From contig JBFLGF010000004.1 in the NCBI GenBank assembly GCA_050230475.1, positions 62,001-126,000 on the forward strand: a stretch of DNA of 64,000 nucleotides, given 5' to 3'. This DNA is from Ancylonema sp. (lineage: Eukaryota). The notes under the pieces were generated by a model. It made no database searches. It had not been told where the DNA came from and saw only the letters and a program-made list of their open reading frames with translations. Positions 58,096 through 64,000 of the stretch are shown in pieces. The first letter of the stretch is position 1. The number at the start of each line of letters is the position of its first letter. Made by a program: the position numbers and the translations under genes.

Positions 58096-61000
58096 ATGGC
58101 AGCGGCTGCAGACGCAGAGCTGCCTCGTACGCTTGATGTGCAGGAATACGTGAATGCCCGGGTGCGGGACATTCATTCTCTGTCCCTTGCTCTCCGTCAG
58201 CGAAATGGGAGGGTGCTGTTGTGGGGCGAAGAACCGCTCGGCCCAGTCGCAGCAGTCCGTCACATGCGCCGCCGCACCAAGAGCCACAATCGGCGGAAGG
58301 TGCTCTTTCGGTTGTAGAAGAAGCGCCCAAAAGTTGATTCACATGAGGGTCTTGACGCCACTTTACCGCAAGCGAAGCCCCCAAATGACGCGACTGTTGC
58401 GGACAGGTTGGGAGGGAAGGGGCAAGATGGAACGGAAGTGTCAGAGGGTCCATCCGAAGCAGGTGGTTCCTCGGCTCACAAACTTTGTCGTAGACTGAGG
58501 CGCCGGAATGTGCTAAAAAATACTTGCGGCGGGGGAAGCTGGACGGGGGAGGGAGTGAGGAGGCTAGAGAGTCACGTGTGGCATGCCAAGAGGTTCAGCA
58601 TGGTTCATCGCTGGGGACACGTGTTAGCACAAGGTTTGCTTGGCAGGTGAGAAGCAGCTGAATCTCGTCTTTTAGAATTCATTGTCTGCGGATCCTGCGA
58701 TCGCAACTCGGAGGTTCCCACTCACCTATTGAAGGGGCATACAGGAGGACCTTCTGAGATGACACCTCTCCGTCAGACCCCCATGCATGACCCTCAAAGC
58801 ACTGTTGGCTTTCGTGCACCCTGAAACCAACTCTCGGGGCAAAGGATGTCGACACTCGTCACGCACAAACCTTTGTTTCCGTGTGCCTGCGCGTGTAGAG
58901 GGCGCGGATCCCGGTCTACCCTGCGGGCCTTGCGCACTGCCTCGCTGCTTCACGACGCCTCTTATCCTGCTCAGGCGCACTTGGCAGGGCCGCAGGTACA
59001 CCCAAGGATTCCGCATCCCAACTTCAGCACTCTCTCCAACCTGTCCTTGTCGGATTGCTGCAGGAGTCTCTGCAGTCCGTGCTGGCACTCCTCGGTGGAC
59101 CCCCGTCTGCCCCTTCCTCATGGGGGCAATGCCACAAGGGCCTCTTCAATCAATCATTCGTGGAAGGTTCCTGTACAGGAAGCTTCCTGGTAAGGGGGAC
59201 GCATGACCCTTTCAATGATTCCATGCTCTGGTTCCCACTGTTCCCCAAGAGCCTGTCTCGGAGCAGTCGGATGTAGTGATCTTATAACGGAAACGGGGTG
59301 CAGTTGCGAGGGGGCGGGGTGACGGTGGGGCCCGCGGTGGCGATCTGGCGCCCAAAAAGTGCCAACCACGAACAGGCAGGGGAAGAGAGGAAGGTGTTGC
59401 TGCTGCTTCACCCTGCGGCAGTGGAGGAATCCCTAGAGGCAATCAGAGGGGTGGTGGACAGGCAGGTAAAAGGAAGTCAGACACGTTTTTTTTTCTTTGA
59501 CGTCTGGGAGAACTCCACGTCAGCCTCCTATATTCCGTAAATGTTCAGGTGCCTGAAGCGAGGGTGCTAGAGCGGCCTCAAAGAATGTGCCAGCTGGAGC
59601 TGGTAGGGACTTCAGCCCTGAAGGTGCTTCGTACAGTCTTACGACCTGCTGCCAGGTAAGCAACTCTCCCTTCCTTGCTTCACTGCCGAGTGGGCAGAGG
59701 GCAATGAACAGCGCTTCTCGGCTTCTGCTGCAGCAAGGATAGCCACCAGCTGGCATGGAGACTTTTTCGCCAGGCTGAGAATCTGCCGGATGGCGCGATC
59801 CTGGGCCTCCAAGTGGCGGATCCCCGAGCCTGGAGGCCAGAGGGAGAAGGAAGCGGGATGCCAGAAGAAGACACCCCAGTCCCCTCCGCTACTCCCCATC
59901 CGTCTTGGCCAGAGCTTCTTGAAAGTGGACAGCTGGCACTTTCTGCCGACCCTCCAGGATTGTGGGCCCCATCCTCGGATCTTCCAGAGACTGACGCGGG
60001 TGTGTGCGAGAAGAGACGGCAGCGTGAGGTGGCAGTGTCCACGGAAGGGGAGGGGGAAGGGGGAGGTAAAAGAGAGGCAGAGGTCCCAGTTGTTCTTCTG
60101 AAGAGAGGCAGTGCCGCCCGAGGTTGGACCCTCCTTCTGCCTCAAGGGTGGAGCAGACCCTTTTGGGTGCCTCTCGTGAAGGCAGGGGGTCATGCCATAG
60201 GATTGAGAGAACACAGATGGGCAGCAGCGCAAGTAAGGGGCACGGGGTAGAGGTAGGGTTTCGGGTTGCGCTTTTGGCTAGGGCTATCCGTCACTCTCCA
60301 CTTTTTCCCCTTCTTCTTTGCTGCTGCGCAGGCTGGCGTCCCTCTCGTCCCGTACGACTTCCCGGATTGCCCCGCTCATCAGCGGGAGAGCGTGGAGGAG
60401 GACCGTCTGAAAGCGGTGGAGTATGAGAAGAAGCCCAAGGCAAAGAGGAGCCCGCTGCCGCCCCAGGCAGGTGGCTGGGGGGATCCAAGCCGAGGGGAGG
60501 AGGGGCGTCCAGCTGGCGAGGCGAGTCAGGAACGGCCACGTGGCATCCCGTCTGTGGTCAGAGTGGACGCATGGGAAGATGGACGGGTGGAGGGGAACGT
60601 GAGGCGAGGGCTTTGGGAGGGCAAGCTGCGGTGGCAGGCTGTGCAGGAGAGGGGGCAGGGAGCAGGAGGGGGGGGGGAGGAGGTACAGTTGGTGCAGGTG
60701 GCAGTGGTGATGCCGCGGAAAGGGAATGCGGAGGAGCGGGCGCACATTGGTGGGGCGTCAAGGGAGGACTTTGAGGCGTGGTGTCAAAGGTACGGGTACG
60801 GATACGGATACGGATACGAGATACGGGTACGGATATGAATAAGGGTACATGCCTGCAGGAAGGGGGAGAAGGAGGGTCTGATGTGTGCCTTCACTTTGTT
60901 TGTGGGTGGGTTGGGAGGAGGGGGTAGATCTCCAAAGTGGCAAGGGGTAGAGGACACCACCGCCACTCCCCCACGGTCAGCGCAGAAATCGAAGCGACAG

Positions 61001-61407
61001 AAACAGAAAGCGGCGCTGAAACAGCAAGCAGTAACGGGTGGACCGCAGTCTTGTCCGGAACCGGGAGCAGAGTGCGAGATGGAGAGTGAGAGGGGAGGAG
61101 ACAAGTTTCGAGGTGTTGTGGGATACATCACTTCGGAAGCACCTCGAGGAAGGTGAGGAGGGGGGAGGGGGGGTGGTCACATGGATCCTGCTATCACACC
61201 TACCGTGTTTGAGGTTTGACGTGGTGTTTGAGCAGTTTGAGTGGAAGAGCCATGGGGGTTTGCCGCCTGGATTTCTTTGAGAAGGCAAGGGCAAAACAAT
61301 ACTCGGAGTGGGTGGGAGGAGGCGAGACAATCGTGGCGTTGGTGAAGAATGTTGGCAGCACGATGTTCAGACCAGCTTTGGTGTCACTATTGAAAGAGGG
61401 CATTTGA
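58096..61407 (+). CDS. POP1: POP1, RNase P/MRP protein subunit, ~9 exons; one in-frame TAG at 58315-58317
   Basis: RHMRRRTKSHN, RLESHVWHAKRFSM, GRGSR...LLHDASY, GWTLLLPQGWSRPFWVPL, PYDFPDCPA, VVGYITSE. GT-AG introns keep the frame through to EGI*. Confidence 0.9.
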
Positions 61408-61948
61408 AGGCAGAGCATCCGACCCGGAGACTGTAAATATTTATTTAAGAAAGAACATGTTTTCTGATTATTTTTATATTCTTTTTCCTATGTCGAGATA
61501 GCATGATGTGTACATATTTTCTACAATTTTGTGATGGATGTCCAATGCATATCAGGGGACCACAAACCACACTCCTTGTTCTTACTCTCGGACCAACTTG
61601 TGCACACATTTTAGATTTTATCCTTTGAGATGAGAGTCGGATATTTGTTGAATCCGCCATCCTCGTGTCGTGTCTTTTGTTTCGCACTTATGTTTATTTT
61701 TCTATTTTGGGAAGGCCAAACCAGACGACGACCTCGCTGTTCGAATCTCTTGCACCATACTATTTAACATCCCTCTGTCAACTACACTCAAACACATGAC
61801 ACTACACTCAGTTACATTCTATGTAAGAAACTTCGTTGTAAGAAACCCTTCGCTATAAGAATATGTTTTGCATTTTTTTCTTGTTCACTCAAAATGTGAT
61901 TTATATAATAAATATTTGCTATATTGTTTATTTTGTTGGTGCATCATA

Positions 61949-62138
61949 CACTCAGACCTCGATATAAGAAACTTAAAGCTTTAGAAAAAGGTTTACTAAC
62001 GGTTTAATAGGTTTAGAAACGTTGGTCGTTGGTGTTGTACTCAGATTGGGTTCCCATCGTGCTTTAATAAAATGCGTCTCTCTCTATACGAAAAGAAACC
62101 TTCTGAAATTATGGATTCCTTATATCGGGGCTTGAGTG
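61949..62138. mobile_element. Small Tc1/mariner-like MITE
   Basis: TA|cactcagacctcgatataag ... cttatatcggggcttgagtg|TA. Confidence 0.7.
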
Positions 62139-63129
62139 TATGATCCACCAGCACGATAGACAACTTATTGGAATTCTTTGTACCTTCAGAGTGTTAGCAT
62201 TGACATAGTAATCACATACTCCATTTCACATTGTTGGACACAATTGACAAACCCTTTTGCTATCGTTGTGTGACACGTGGTACACAAATCTATATTATTT
62301 GGCATGCAAGAAGTGTTTCACATTATTTACTATTTTACATGTCCTCCCTAAATGTTTATTGCTTGAATGTCGATTTCTTGGATTTCATCATTCAAGATTC
62401 ATTAAATGATACAGTGACTTTTGCAAGTCTGTATATAATTCTCGTCCCTCATGCGTGGTCAACTCTGATGAGCCAATTCATCCTGATCCCAGACCCGAAT
62501 CAGAGCCGGATCAGACCCGATTCAGATCTCCGATCTCAGAAGTCCCCCAAGTGGATCGGCTGCAACTATGATTTAGACTCTTATTCATAGTTGCACACAC
62601 ATATCAATTGCCTCTTAATTTAAGAGGGATAGCTGCACACATATCATTCCAATTGTGCACTTGCTCCACTTTCCTCGTTCAATCACTTTGACCGTTAAAA
62701 AAATGACACAACCTCGTTTGTGGATAAGTACAATAATGAGGTCAACCCTACATGCTCCCCACTCCTACCCCCTCTATGTCTCCCTTATGTACAAAGTGAA
62801 TCAAGTCTATGTCTCACCAACCTACTCACTATCTTACTTATAAAGCTGTAGTGCTCCATTATTTCAATTGGTAACCCCCACATATTATAGCTCTGTACTC
62901 GATTCCAGACCAGGTGAACAAATGCCCCTTAGATCTATTGCTGACTGAACCCAACACATTAAACACATTTCTACAAATGTCAGTCCTTTCTCCCCAATAT
63001 GTACAACTTTCTCCTTCTGTACTTTTCAGTCCTTTGTACACGGCAGGTGGCATTTTGCGTAAGTCGCACCTTTGGTGCTCCTTTGCACCTAACCCTACCT
63101 AGTAACTTCGGTTAGCCTAACCGCATGCA

Positions 63130-63880
63130 ACTGTGGCCTGCTTCACAAATACAGATGACTGCCTCTTCCCACTCGCGTGTCCGCACTGCTGTAGAGGGGA
63201 GAGGGGGGTGCCAGCTGGAACCCCTGCTCCACACGCTATGCTACCAACTGTGGACTCCTTGACAGGTGGCAACAAATAATTCTCCAGAGTCTGGCAACAG
63301 AGGAAAAAAACATTTGAGTCACACCATCGGACAGGCAGCCTCTGTACAGGAACACCCTTCAGGACAAGAAAGGGGTACAGCAGATTTCGTTTCCCTGTAG
63401 ATTCAACCCTTCGTAAAGAAACACCCTCTATAAAGGCACTGGCTTATACCATACCAAAAAAGTGCCCTCAAATCAATTGCAGTGTCATATCACTTCCTGT
63501 GCTTGTATACAGAAGCCTTGAAGAAACATAAACTTCATTCTATGCTTTTTATAAACAACAGACAGGATTTTAAAGAACAATCTGCACCATCCAACACTTC
63601 AATCAACGTCTAATCCACTTTGCAGAAGACATCATCCTTCCAAAATCATCGCTTCACTTCGTAGCCAACATCTTACCTTGACTTCGGTCAAACACAGGTT
63701 CAAACCTGAACAGAGACATTGCCAGGAATCTCACCTTGACTGACAGCTGCGATCCATTCCTGGAGGCGCATTGCCCCGACAGCACGTGTACGGCAGATGC
63801 CACCACCACGCGGTCCCAGTAGCGTGACCCAAACTCCGTGCCTGCCAGGTGGAGGACGAACTGCGCCATGTGCTCCTCCT
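63130..63880 (-). CDS. 3' exons of an unidentified gene extending beyond the window
   Basis: Exon CAG|EEHMAQFVLHLAGTEFGSRYWDRVVVASAVHVLSGQCASRNGSQLSVK|GTGAGA (~63878-63735) and further AG/GT-bounded segments downstream. Product not recognised. Confidence 0.45.
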
Positions 63881-64000
63881 GTGGATACACAGAGAGTGGC
63901 AGGGCGGGGCACGTCAATATGAGGCATGTGCGTCAGACGGCCTCAGAATTGCATGAGTGCGTACTTTGGTAGGCTAGGAAGGCACTGGAGAAAGAAAAAA

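Noticed and set aside
58213..58317. 105-nt in-frame intron removing the POP1 stop
   Set aside because: It would delete the conserved RHMRRR-SHN motif.

Overview
Eukaryotic nuclear DNA from a green-lineage organism, most likely a streptophyte alga (inferred from plant-like proteins, GT-AG and GC-AG introns, and plastid-targeted products). Host genes: a type II membrane GT-A/GT2-like glycosyltransferase (-), an unannotated micro-exon gene (-) head-to-head with plastid pyruvate dehydrogenase E2 (+), a weak RWP-RK-like locus (-), Derlin-2 (-), a plastid-type J-domain protein (-) head-to-head with POP1 (+), and a partial gene at the right edge. About 20-36 kb is a nest of decayed transposons, and a complete but decayed Ty1/copia lies at 49.5-54.9 kb. 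The main finding is an LTR-type element at 28.3-34.9 kb. Its decayed polyprotein reads protease, Pro-rich/coiled-coil region, DNMT3-like C5-methyltransferase fold lacking both catalytic motifs, then a vestigial RT fragment that stops at the polypurine tract. Its 3' end has a B-A-B repeat layout. Other points: single in-frame stops in otherwise intact POP1 and glycosyltransferase genes, and a ~310-nt multi-branch RNA fold at 46.45-46.76 kb. All gene models and alignments were made by eye; no searches were run.
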